From contig CAYOJH010000003.1 of NCBI GenBank assembly GCA_964404275.1, positions 16,879-72,510 of the forward strand: DNA of 55,632 bases, given 5' to 3'. The notes beneath the pieces are model-generated. The model was given only the letters and a program-made list of their open reading frames with translations, did no database searches and was not told where the DNA came from. The DNA comes from an uncultured Gammaproteobacteria bacterium (GTDB taxonomy: Bacteria > Patescibacteriota > Patescibacteriia > SG8-24 > DYFX01). The number at the start of each line of letters is the position of its first letter. Positions within the stretch are counted from its first letter, which is position 1. Shown piece by piece: positions 42,135 through 50,511 of this stretch. Both the position numbers and the translations under genes were made by a program.

Positions 42135-42172
42135 GCGCCGCACTCACCCTGCGGCGCGTTTTTTGTTATACT
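42135..42172 (+). promoter_or_regulatory. Terminator fused to an extended -10 (TGT-TATACT) 6 nt before ATG 42179
   Basis: GCGCCGCA-CTCACCC-TGCGGCGC-GTTTTTTG-TTATACT. Confidence 0.75.
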
Positions 42173-42178
42173 GGAAGC

Positions 42179-43516
42179 ATGTCTGAACAACATCGCAAAG
42201 CTTGGGTCGTGACCGTCGACATGGGCTACGGCCATGAACGCGCCTCGCACGCGATCAAGGATTTGGCGTACGGCGACGTGATCGTCGCCAACAACTACCA
42301 CGGCATTCCGGAGCGCGATAAAAAGCTATGGCTCGGCACCCGCACGATCTACGAAGCCTTCTCGCGTTTCAAGCGCGTGCCGTTCATCGGCGAATTGGCC
42401 TGGCACGCCTTCGACACGCTCCAGGAAATCAAGCCGTTCTATCCGCGCCGCGACTTGTCGGCGCCGAGCCTGCAGATCCTCGAGATTTATCATTTGATCG
42501 AAAAGAAGGGCCTGGGCCGCCACCTGATCGAGCTCATGCGGAACAAGCGGCGCATTCCGCTGATCTGCACCTTTCCGTTGCCGGCCTTCGCCGCCGACGT
42601 CTTCGAATATCCGGAAGACATTTATCTCGTCACGACCGACTCGGACGTCAGCCGCGCCTGGGTCGCCAAGGATCCGAAGCGCAGCCGCATCAAGTACTTC
42701 GCCTCGAACGGCCGCGTCGTCGAGCGTCTCAAGCTCTACGGCGTGCCGCCGGAAAATATTTTCCTGACCGGCTTTCCGCTCTCGAAGGAACTGGTCGGCG
42801 GCCCGCATGTCGACACGATCCGCAAGGACCTGGGAGAACGCATCTGCCATCTCGATCCGCAGGGCATTTTCTATTCGCGGTACGAGGAAATCCTGAAGTC
42901 GGCGCTCGGAGTGGCGAACTGCACCCGGGTCCCGACGCATCCGCTCACGCTGACCTTCAGCGTCGGCGGCGCGGGCGCGCAAGGCGAGCTCGGCATCACG
43001 ATCGCCAAGAGCCTGCGCGAGAAAATCCGCAGCGGCAAGATCTTGCTCAACCTGGTGGCCGGCACCAAGAAAGACGTCGCGCATTCTTTCAAGAAAGAAC
43101 TGCTGGCGCTCGGCATGGGTAGCGATCTCGGTCACGGCGTGCGCGTCCTCTGGTACCACGACCGCCCCACCTATTTCAGCCGCTTCGATCAAGTCCTTCG
43201 CCACACCGACGTCCTCTGGACCAAGCCGAGCGAGCTCTCCTTCTATACCGGCGTGGGAATGCCGATCATCATCTCGCCGCCGATCGGCTCCCAGGAAATC
43301 TTCAACGAACTCTGGCTGCGCACCGTCGGCGGCGGCACCCCGCAGGCGGACCCGCGCTACGTGAACGAATGGCTGTTCGACTGGGTCGAATCCGGCGGTC
43401 TGGCCCGCATGGCCTGGAACGGTTTCATCGAAGCGCCCACGCACGGTACCTATCGCATCGAGGAGATTCTGACCGGCGCCCAAGTCGAGCTCGCCAAATT
43501 GCCGCTCATCGTCTGA
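42179..43516 (+). CDS. GT-B fold glycosyltransferase-like protein (UgtP/MGDG-synthase-like motifs)
   Basis: VDMGYGHERA (compare GxGH), YLVTTDSD, IFLTGFP, SVGGAG and LWTKPSE (compare TKPGG) motifs. Confidence 0.65.
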   Translation: MSEQHRKAWVVTVDMGYGHERASHAIKDLAYGDVIVANNYHGIPERDKKLWLGTRTIYEAFSRFKRVPFIGELAWHAFDTLQEIKPFYPRRDLSAPSLQILEIYHLIEKKGLGRHLIELMRNKRRIPLICTFPLPAFAADVFEYPEDIYLVTTDSDVSRAWVAKDPKRSRIKYFASNGRVVERLKLYGVPPENIFLTGFPLSKELVGGPHVDTIRKDLGERICHLDPQGIFYSRYEEILKSALGVANCTRVPTHPLTLTFSVGGAGAQGELGITIAKSLREKIRSGKILLNLVAGTKKDVAHSFKKELLALGMGSDLGHGVRVLWYHDRPTYFSRFDQVLRHTDVLWTKPSELSFYTGVGMPIIISPPIGSQEIFNELWLRTVGGGTPQADPRYVNEWLFDWVESGGLARMAWNGFIEAPTHGTYRIEEILTGAQVELAKLPLIV

Positions 43517-43517
43517 C

Positions 43518-44498
43518 ATGCGCCCGCGCACGCGCCTTTTCCTGATGGGCTTGATCGGCCTCGCGGCCAGCGCGGGGCTATTCTTCTGGTACAAGGCCTC
43601 GTTGCCGCGCGTGATGCCGAAGTACGGCGTGACGTTCTCGACGCAGTACGCGAAAGAGCTCGGGCTCGATTGGAAGAAGGCCTTCACGACGACGCTCGAC
43701 GACCTCAAGGTTCGGAAGTTCCGGATTCCCGTGTACTGGGACGAAGTCGAAACGAAAAAAGGCGTCTACGACTGGTCCGATGTCGACTGGATGCTTTCCC
43801 AGGCGCAAGCGGCGCGCGCCGACGTGATCTTGGCGATCGGGCGCAAGACCCCGCGCTGGCCCGAATGCCATGTGCCCGCTTGGGCCGCGAAGCTCGGCGC
43901 CCCGGCGCAGGATCAGCAGGTGCTGCGCTTCCTGGCCGAAGAGGTCAAGCATTTCAAGAACGCGCCGGCCGTAAAGATCTGGCAGGTTGAAAACGAGCCG
44001 CTCTTCCAATTCGGCAAATGCCCGCCGCCTGACCGCGAATTTTTGAAGCAGGAAATCAGCCTCGTGCGCGAGGCCGATCCGCGTCCGATCATGGTGACCG
44101 ACAGCGGAGAATTGTCGACCTGGATCCGGACCGGCACTTTGGCCGACGTGCTCGGCATCAGCATGTACCGCCTGGTTTGGAATCAGGACGTCGGCGCGCT
44201 CTACTGGCCCGTCTCGCCGCTGTACTACACGGACCGCATGCGGCTGCTCAGTCCCATCGTCAAAAACGTGATCGTCAGCGAGCTCCAAGCCGAGCCGTGG
44301 TTCCGCTCGCCGGTCGAGGACACGCCGATCGACGAGCAGCTCGATCAGATGAACGCCGCGCGCCTCCGCGAAAACGCCCGGTTCGCCGCTTCGACCGGCG
44401 CTTCCGAAATCGATTTCTGGGGCGTCGAATGGTGGTACTGGATGACGCTGCACGGCCATCCCGAACTTTGGGAAGCGGCCAAACCCTTCTTCCGCTGA
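43518..44498 (+). CDS. Membrane-anchored clan GH-A glycoside hydrolase (GH42/GH5-like TIM barrel)
   Basis: N-terminal TM. RIPVYWDEVE...YDWSDVDW, WQVENEP (acid/base) and VSELQAEPW (nucleophile) motifs. Confidence 0.8.
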   Translation: MRPRTRLFLMGLIGLAASAGLFFWYKASLPRVMPKYGVTFSTQYAKELGLDWKKAFTTTLDDLKVRKFRIPVYWDEVETKKGVYDWSDVDWMLSQAQAARADVILAIGRKTPRWPECHVPAWAAKLGAPAQDQQVLRFLAEEVKHFKNAPAVKIWQVENEPLFQFGKCPPPDREFLKQEISLVREADPRPIMVTDSGELSTWIRTGTLADVLGISMYRLVWNQDVGALYWPVSPLYYTDRMRLLSPIVKNVIVSELQAEPWFRSPVEDTPIDEQLDQMNAARLRENARFAASTGASEIDFWGVEWWYWMTLHGHPELWEAAKPFFR

Positions 44499-44499
44499 T

Positions 44500-45639
44500 A
44501 TGGCATCCCAAGCCCCCGTTTCACAACTGCGCTGCGATCCGTCCATCCTGGCGGCGATTTGGGATGCGGCGCCCAACGCCTGGCTGTTCGTGGCGGCGGA
44601 CGGCCGCATCTGCCTCGTCAACCGCGCGTTCCAGGATTTTTTCGGCCTGTTCCCGTCCGAGATCGCCGGCAAAATGCTGCCGGACATCGAGAAGGCCATG
44701 ACCGTCACCTTCGCGGAACCGCTCTCGTATCATGAGACGATCGCGCATCCGTTCGAAGACCGCGAGGCTCATTTTTTCCGCGACGTCGAGGTGACGACGC
44801 CGCAGCACCGCTACCTGGAGATCGTCAGCGAACCCGTGCGTCAGCAAGACCACTACCTTGGGCGCTTGTGGATCATCCGCGACGTGACGAGCGAGCGCGA
44901 AATCACGGAGCTCAAAATCCAGTACGGCGGCCTGCGCAACGCCGACGAGATCAAATCGAAATTCCTGACGGTCGCCTCGCACCAGATGCGCACGCCGATG
45001 AACGCGATGCGCTGGAACCTCGACTTGCTGCTCTCGGGCGACGCCGGCGCGATCCCGAAGGAGGCGATGGAACTGCTGCGCGACGTCTACAAGAGCCTGA
45101 TGACCAGCCTCTCGATCATCGACGACATGCTGCTCGCGGTCGATATCGAGCAGCGCGCGCTGCGCCTCGAAAAGACGTCGGTCGACCTGGCCGAAGTCGT
45201 CGGCAAGGTCGTCCACGATTTCGCCCGCAGCGCCATCGTGCGCAAGCAGACGATCGCCTTCGCGCCGCCCAAGAACCTGCCGCGCATGTTCATCGACTCC
45301 GCGCGGATGGAAAAAGTCTTCAATCGCCTGATCGACAACGCCATCCGATACACGCCGGACGGAGGACGCATCGACGTGGAGATCCGTCCGGACAAGGACG
45401 TGATCGCGGTCATCGTGCGCGACAGCGGCGTCGGCGTGCCGGTCCCGGATCGGGCGCGCCTGTTCGAACGCTTCTACCGCTCGAAACAGGCCATCGATCT
45501 CAACCCGAACGCCTCGGGCCTCGGCCTCTATATCGCCAAGTTCATCGTGGCGGCGCACGACGGCTGGATCGCCTACGAGCAGGCGCCGGGCGGCGGCTCC
45601 GTTTTCACCGTCAACTTGCCCCGGCGCGCCGCGATGTAA
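44500..45639 (+). CDS. Soluble PAS-domain sensor histidine kinase
   Basis: PAS (DGRICLVNRAF), H-box SHQMRTP, N-box LIDNAIRY, G1 DSGVG, G2 GLGLYI. No TM. Confidence 0.93.
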   Translation: MASQAPVSQLRCDPSILAAIWDAAPNAWLFVAADGRICLVNRAFQDFFGLFPSEIAGKMLPDIEKAMTVTFAEPLSYHETIAHPFEDREAHFFRDVEVTTPQHRYLEIVSEPVRQQDHYLGRLWIIRDVTSEREITELKIQYGGLRNADEIKSKFLTVASHQMRTPMNAMRWNLDLLLSGDAGAIPKEAMELLRDVYKSLMTSLSIIDDMLLAVDIEQRALRLEKTSVDLAEVVGKVVHDFARSAIVRKQTIAFAPPKNLPRMFIDSARMEKVFNRLIDNAIRYTPDGGRIDVEIRPDKDVIAVIVRDSGVGVPVPDRARLFERFYRSKQAIDLNPNASGLGLYIAKFIVAAHDGWIAYEQAPGGGSVFTVNLPRRAAM

Positions 45640-45669
45640 TACACTCCTCCTATAAGCCTTCGTTTTTCT

Positions 45670-46044
45670 ATGGCCAAAACCGTACTGATCGTCGAGGATG
45701 AACAGAGCATGCAGCGGGCTTTGAAGAGCAAGCTGGAACACGCAGGCTACACCGTCCAGGCCGCTTCCGACGGCGAAGAGGCCATGAAGTTTCTCAAAGT
45801 CGGCGAGCCCGCGCTCGTGCTGCTCGACTTGATCATGCCCAAGATCGACGGCATCTCCGTGCTGCGTCAGATGAAAGGCGACGACCGCCTCCGGCCGATC
45901 CCGGTCATCATTCTCACGAACTTGAGTTCCGGCGACAAGGTCGCCGAAGCCATGCAACTCGGCACCTTCGACTTCCTCGTCAAGGCGAACTACTCGCTCG
46001 ACGACGTCTTGAAAAAAGTCTCCGACAGGATCGGAAGCCCGTAA
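45670..46044 (+). CDS. Single-domain response regulator (CheY-like)
   Basis: LIVEDE, LLDLIMPKIDG, ILTN and FLVKA motifs. Confidence 0.92.
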   Translation: MAKTVLIVEDEQSMQRALKSKLEHAGYTVQAASDGEEAMKFLKVGEPALVLLDLIMPKIDGISVLRQMKGDDRLRPIPVIILTNLSSGDKVAEAMQLGTFDFLVKANYSLDDVLKKVSDRIGSP

Positions 46045-46048
46045 GACC

Positions 46049-46438
46049 ATGCCCGCGCCGCGCGCCAGAATTTTGGTGGTGGAGGACGAGACCTTTCTCG
46101 TCAAGATTTACGACGTCAAACTGAAAAAAGAAGGTTTCGACGTCGGCATAGCGACCGATGGCGAAGCGGCGCTCGCGATGGCCGTGTCGTTCCGTCCGGA
46201 TCTGATCCTGCTGGACCTGCTCTTGCCGAAGCTCGACGGATTCGAGGTGCTGAGGCGCCTGCGCGCCGAGCCGAAAACCAAACACATCCAAGTCATCGTG
46301 CTTTCCAATCTCGGACAAGAAGAAGACATGAAGCGCGCCCGGGCGCTCGGCGCCGAGGACTATCTCATCAAGGCGGATCACACGCTGCAGGAGATCATCG
46401 CGAAAATCCGCCAGCAGCTTGAACGGCGTTCCGCCTGA
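46049..46438 (+). CDS. Single-domain response regulator (CheY-like)
   Basis: LVVEDE, LLDLLLPKLDG, VLSN and YLIKA motifs. Confidence 0.92.
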   Translation: MPAPRARILVVEDETFLVKIYDVKLKKEGFDVGIATDGEAALAMAVSFRPDLILLDLLLPKLDGFEVLRRLRAEPKTKHIQVIVLSNLGQEEDMKRARALGAEDYLIKADHTLQEIIAKIRQQLERRSA

Positions 46439-46439
46439 T

Positions 46440-47564
46440 GTGACCATTCCACGCCACATTTTACGGGAATCTTCGGCGGAGCGCGCCGTCGATTTGCTGT
46501 TGTCCGAAGCCGTTCGCGCTTCGGCCACCGACCTGGTTCTCGAGCCTCAGGCAGGATTCGCGACCGTGCGGATGCGGATCGGAGGTCTCGCGCACGAGAT
46601 GTTCCGGCAGCCGAAGGACACGCACGCGAAATTCGTCGCGCGCCTCAAAGCGCTGGCGCGCCTTCGGGACGTCGCGCCGCTTGCCGCGCAGGAGGGCGAG
46701 GTGCGCCGCATCGTCGGCGGCCGATCTGTCGAAGCGCGGGCCAGGATCGTGCCGGTCATGGAGGGGGAAAAAGCCGTCGTGCATTTTCGCGCGCCGAGGC
46801 CCGCCCTCGACGCGCTCGGCTTGTCCGAAACGCAAATGGAGCGGCTGCGCGCGGCTTTGAAGAAAAAATCCGGCTTGATCGCGGTCGTCGGTCCGCGCGC
46901 GTCCGGCCTCACGACCACGCTTTTGGCTTGCGTGAAAGAGGCGCGTGCCGCCGGCCAGGCCGCCGTCACGATCGAAGATCCGATCGAAGAAGATCTTCCG
47001 GGCGTCGCGCAGGCGGAAGTCGACGCCGCTTCCGGCCGTACCTTTGCCGCACTTGCGCGCGCCGCGGCGGTCGAAGGCTCCGGCTTGCTTATGATCGGCG
47101 ACCTGCGCGATGAAGCGACGGCCGCGATCGCCGTCGCCGCCGCCAAGCGCCGGCCGGTGCTGATCGGTCTCCGCGGCTCCGGCGCGTTGGATGCGATCCC
47201 GCGGCTTTCCGAACTCGGCATCGACCCCACCATCGCGCGCGCCACCCTCGCGCTTTCCGTCGGCCAGCGTCTCGCGCGGATCATCTGCCCGCGCTGCCGC
47301 CGCGCCGAAAAAACCACGAAAGCGCAGGCGCTTTCTTCCGGCTGGCCGCGCCCGCTCGTCGCGCGCCTCTTCGCCGCCAAGGAGGCGATCGCGCTCGCTC
47401 GCGGCGCCAAATGCGAAGCTTGCCGATACACCGGCTTCCGGGGCGCGATCGGGATCTTCGAGCTGTTCGATCCGAAAGATCCCGGCAGCCTGACCCCGTT
47501 CTTCGAAGACGGCCTTCGCAAAGCCTTGACGGGCCTCACGACGATCGAAGAGCTGCTCCGCTGA
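46440..47564 (+). CDS. PilB/GspE-family ATPase homolog with degenerate Walker A/B and His boxes
   Basis: ATDLVLEP, GPRASGLTTT, TIEDPIE, IGDLRD, QRLARIICPRC...CEAC and GLTTIEE motifs. In-frame GTG start 1 nt after the upstream stop. Confidence 0.8.
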   Translation: MTIPRHILRESSAERAVDLLLSEAVRASATDLVLEPQAGFATVRMRIGGLAHEMFRQPKDTHAKFVARLKALARLRDVAPLAAQEGEVRRIVGGRSVEARARIVPVMEGEKAVVHFRAPRPALDALGLSETQMERLRAALKKKSGLIAVVGPRASGLTTTLLACVKEARAAGQAAVTIEDPIEEDLPGVAQAEVDAASGRTFAALARAAAVEGSGLLMIGDLRDEATAAIAVAAAKRRPVLIGLRGSGALDAIPRLSELGIDPTIARATLALSVGQRLARIICPRCRRAEKTTKAQALSSGWPRPLVARLFAAKEAIALARGAKCEACRYTGFRGAIGIFELFDPKDPGSLTPFFEDGLRKALTGLTTIEELLR

Positions 47565-47567
47565 TTT

Positions 47568-47601
47568 TGCTATACTGTCGGCACCTTTCGATTTATCCAC
47601 A
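47568..47601 (+). promoter_or_regulatory. Extended -10 (TGC-TATACT) followed by a consensus DnaA box TTATCCACA (47593-47601)
   Basis: Read directly from the sequence. Confidence 0.55.
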
Positions 47602-47618
47602 CCGCACCGCCGCGCCGT

Positions 47619-48185
47619 ATGTCCAAGGAAGTCGTGCTCGACATCGAGACGGATGGCTTGATCGGCCCCAACAATGCCATGCCGAAGATCACGCTCGTCG
47701 GCGTCTACTATTACGAGACGGACGAGTACGTCAGCTACCTTGAACACGAGTTGCCGAACCTCTGGCCGCGCTTGGAGCGCGCCGACCGCATCATCGGCTA
47801 CAACACCAAGGGCTTCGATCTTCCGGTCATGAACAGCTATTACGCAGGCGACTTGCTGACGTTCCAGAATCTTGACCTGCTGGAAGTCATTGCCGCCAGC
47901 CTCGGCTTCCGCCTGAAACTCGACTCGGTCGCGCAGGCCACGCTCGGGATCGGCAAGACGGGGCACGGCCTCCAGGCCCTCGAGTATTTCAAGAAAGGGG
48001 AGCTCGACAAGCTTCGCGATTACTGCCTGATGGACGTGAAGATCACCAAAGAAGTCTACGAATACGGGCGCGAGCGCGGCGAGGTCCTCTTTGAGGATCG
48101 GACCGGCGCGAAGAAGGCCGTCAAAGTCAACTTCAAGATGCCGAACGCCAAAGCGAATCCGATCAACCTGACGATGCCGTTTTAG
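47619..48185 (+). CDS. DEDD 3-prime-5-prime exonuclease / RNase H-like (YprB/RNase_H_2-like)
   Basis: VVLDIET (ExoI), IGYNTKGFD (ExoII), LKLDSVA and YCLMDV (ExoIII) motifs. Confidence 0.85.
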   Translation: MSKEVVLDIETDGLIGPNNAMPKITLVGVYYYETDEYVSYLEHELPNLWPRLERADRIIGYNTKGFDLPVMNSYYAGDLLTFQNLDLLEVIAASLGFRLKLDSVAQATLGIGKTGHGLQALEYFKKGELDKLRDYCLMDVKITKEVYEYGRERGEVLFEDRTGAKKAVKVNFKMPNAKANPINLTMPF

Positions 48186-48213
48186 AAAAAAGCCCTCCGT
48201 TGGAGGGTCTTTG
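48186..48213. terminator. Terminator between convergent genes
   Basis: AAAAAAG-CCCTCC-GTT-GGAGGG-TCTTTG. Confidence 0.7.
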
Positions 48214-48600
48214 TTATCCGAGATATCCGAGGCCGTAGGCGACGCCGAGGGCGCCAAGGGCCATGAGCAGCAGGCCGAGCTTGCGGCGTTCGGGCGAGCG
48301 CCGGACGATCTGGAAGCCGACGACGAGCAGCGCGGCGCCCGCATAGAGCGCGATCTGCCGCGTGGTCATCGCCATGGCGGAACGCGCCAGGAAGCCGAGC
48401 ACGAGCAGCAGGATGTATCCGCCGATCAGCACGTTGGCCGCGCCGGCCAGCCGATTGCGATTGGGCGGCTTGGCCAAGAGCATGATCAGGCCGTTCAGGA
48501 CGCCGATCGCGCCGGCCAGCAGGTACCAGCCCGAGCGCATCGCGAAGAACATGAACAGGGACAGGGCGATCGTGACGACTCGTAGGTTGACTCGCGGCAA
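48214..48600 (-). CDS. Orphan small 4-5 TM membrane protein
   Basis: TTG start after GGAGGTG. Promoter TTGACG-17-TAGAGT (48648-48620). Hydrophobic throughout. Confidence 0.6.
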   Translation of the reverse strand: MPRVNLRVVTIALSLFMFFAMRSGWYLLAGAIGVLNGLIMLLAKPPNRNRLAGAANVLIGGYILLLVLGFLARSAMAMTTRQIALYAGAALLVVGFQIVRRSPERRKLGLLLMALGALGVAYGLGYLG

Positions 48601-48691
48601 AGGGCACCTCCGTGGCCGCACTCTACGGCTTCGCGTCCAAGCCGTCAAAATCCGGCAAAGAAAAAACCCCGCGATGAACGGAGCTTTTCCA

Positions 48692-48766
48692 TGGTCGGAA
48701 TGACAGGGATTGAACCTGCGGCCTCTCGCACCCGAAGCGAGCGCTCTACCGCTGAGCTACATTCCG
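48692..48766 (-). tRNA. tRNA-Pro(CGG)
   Basis: Minus strand CGGAATG acceptor stem, CTCGC-TTCGGGT-GCGAG anticodon arm, GGTTCAATCC T-arm, CCA. Promoter TTGCCA-17-TAGGAT (48815-48787). Confidence 0.97.
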
Positions 48767-48863
48767 ACGGTCCGATGAACGTGGGTATCCTACCTGATCC
48801 GCCGCGCCTTGGCAAGACTCGACGGGTCGCGGATGTGCTAAAATGCCGCCGAGGAGGTTCCCG

Positions 48864-49178
48864 ATGCGCCTGCTGCTCTCCACGCTCATTCTGTCCGCGC
48901 TGGTTTCCTGCGCGACGTCCGCGTACGTCGAGCCGGCCTATCCCGTCACGCCGGTCTACGTCTACGCCTACGAAGGCGGCGCCTGCTGGGCCGATGACGT
49001 CTGGTACGGCGCCTGTCCCTGGGCCATGCCCGGCTACGGCTACTACGCCTGGTACGGCGGACGCTGGACGCCGCGCCCGCACTACGTCTGGCGGGATCAT
49101 CGCTCTCCGCCGCCCATGCATTGGCATGGCCCGATCGCGCACCCCGTCTATCCTGGCGGCCGCGGCTGGCATCGCTAA
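48864..49178 (+). CDS. Small Trp/Tyr/Pro/Gly-rich lipoprotein
   Basis: GAGGAGG SD. TGC-TAAAAT -10 at 48836-48844. Lipobox ALVSC. WYGGRWTPRPHYVW segment. Confidence 0.7.
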   Translation: MRLLLSTLILSALVSCATSAYVEPAYPVTPVYVYAYEGGACWADDVWYGACPWAMPGYGYYAWYGGRWTPRPHYVWRDHRSPPPMHWHGPIAHPVYPGGRGWHR

Positions 49179-49239
49179 CCCCGCTCCTCGCAGCGGGTTT
49201 TTCTTTGCTTGACCCGTTCGCCTTTCGTTCGTGTAGAAT
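49177..49239 (+). promoter_or_regulatory. Terminator fused to the rarA promoter (TTGACC...TAGAAT, 6 nt before ATG)
   Basis: CCCGCT-CCTCGC-AGCGGG-TTTTTCTTTGC-TTGACC(49209). TAGAAT at 49234; the spacer is a long 19 nt. Confidence 0.6.
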
Positions 49240-49245
49240 GCGATC

Positions 49246-50511
49246 ATGAACCTCTTTGACCTCAAAGATCAAAAAGAAAAGGAGAAGCAAGCGCCGCTGG
49301 CGGAACTGATGCGTCCGCGCGCGCTCGAGGATTTCGTGGGCCAGGATGAGCTGGTCGGCGAAGGTTCGGCGCTCAGGACACTTTTGGAATTGGACGCGAT
49401 CCCGTCCATGATTTTCTGGGGACCGCCCGGCGTCGGCAAAACGACGCTCGCGCGCATCATCGCGGGCCGCACCAAATCGCGCTTCGTCGCGCTGTCGGCC
49501 ACGACCTCCGGCATCGCCGATCTCAAGCGCGCGGTTGAGGAAGCGCGCGAGCGGCGCGCCTTGCACGGCGAGCGCACGATCGTCTTCATCGACGAAATCC
49601 ACCGTTGGAACAAAGCGCAGCAGGACGCGTTTTTGCCGCACGTCGAGGACGGCACGGTCACGCTGATCGGCGCGACCACGGAAAACCCTTCCTTCGAAGT
49701 GAACAGCGCGCTCTTGTCGCGTTCGCGCGTCTTCGTGCTCAAGGCGCTGTCCGTCGAGGCGATTGAAGCGATGCTGAAGCGCGCGCTCGCGCTGGTCAAA
49801 GAACGCGGCGTGTATCCGCACAAGATCAAGGTCGACAAGGAAGCGCTGAAATACCTGGCGACGATCGCGAACGGCGACGGACGCTCGGCCTTGAACGGCC
49901 TGGAACTCGGGCTGCGCAGCGTCCGGCCGGACGCGAAAGGCGTGGTATACTTGAAGAAGGAAGCGCTGGCCAAAACGCTTCAAAAAAACCATCTTTTGTA
50001 CGACCGGCAGGGCGAGGAGCACTACAACATCATCTCCGCCTTGCACAAGTCGATGCGCGGTTCGGACACCGACGCGGCGCTCTACTGGCTCGGGCGCATG
50101 CTTGAGGCGGGGGAGGATCCGCTCTACGTCGCGCGGCGCATCGTGCGCTTCGCTTCGGAAGATGTCGGCTTGGCGGATCCGAACGCGCTCGTCCAAGCAG
50201 TCGCCGCCTATCAAGCCTGTCATCAGATCGGCATGCCGGAATGCAACGTCATCCTGGCGCAAGCCGTGGCGTATCTCGCCCGCGCGCCGAAATCGAACGC
50301 GCTCTACGTCGCCTACGGCCGCGTCCAGCGCGACATCGCGGAGCATCCGAACGAAGGCGTTCCGCTGCATCTTCGCAACGCGCCGACCAAGCTCATGAAG
50401 AACCTCGGCTACGGCCAGGATTACAAGTACAACCCCGTCTTCAAGGAACCGGTCGATCAGGACTATCTCCCCGAATCCCTCAAGGGACGCCATTACCTCG
50501 ATGATGTCTAA
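49246..50511 (+). CDS. rarA: Replication-associated recombination protein A (MgsA/RarA AAA+ ATPase)
   Basis: PLAELMRP, WGPPGVGKTT, FIDEIHRWNKAQQD, GATTENPSF, SALHKSMRGSD and FASEDVG motifs. Confidence 0.97.
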   Translation: MNLFDLKDQKEKEKQAPLAELMRPRALEDFVGQDELVGEGSALRTLLELDAIPSMIFWGPPGVGKTTLARIIAGRTKSRFVALSATTSGIADLKRAVEEARERRALHGERTIVFIDEIHRWNKAQQDAFLPHVEDGTVTLIGATTENPSFEVNSALLSRSRVFVLKALSVEAIEAMLKRALALVKERGVYPHKIKVDKEALKYLATIANGDGRSALNGLELGLRSVRPDAKGVVYLKKEALAKTLQKNHLLYDRQGEEHYNIISALHKSMRGSDTDAALYWLGRMLEAGEDPLYVARRIVRFASEDVGLADPNALVQAVAAYQACHQIGMPECNVILAQAVAYLARAPKSNALYVAYGRVQRDIAEHPNEGVPLHLRNAPTKLMKNLGYGQDYKYNPVFKEPVDQDYLPESLKGRHYLDDV

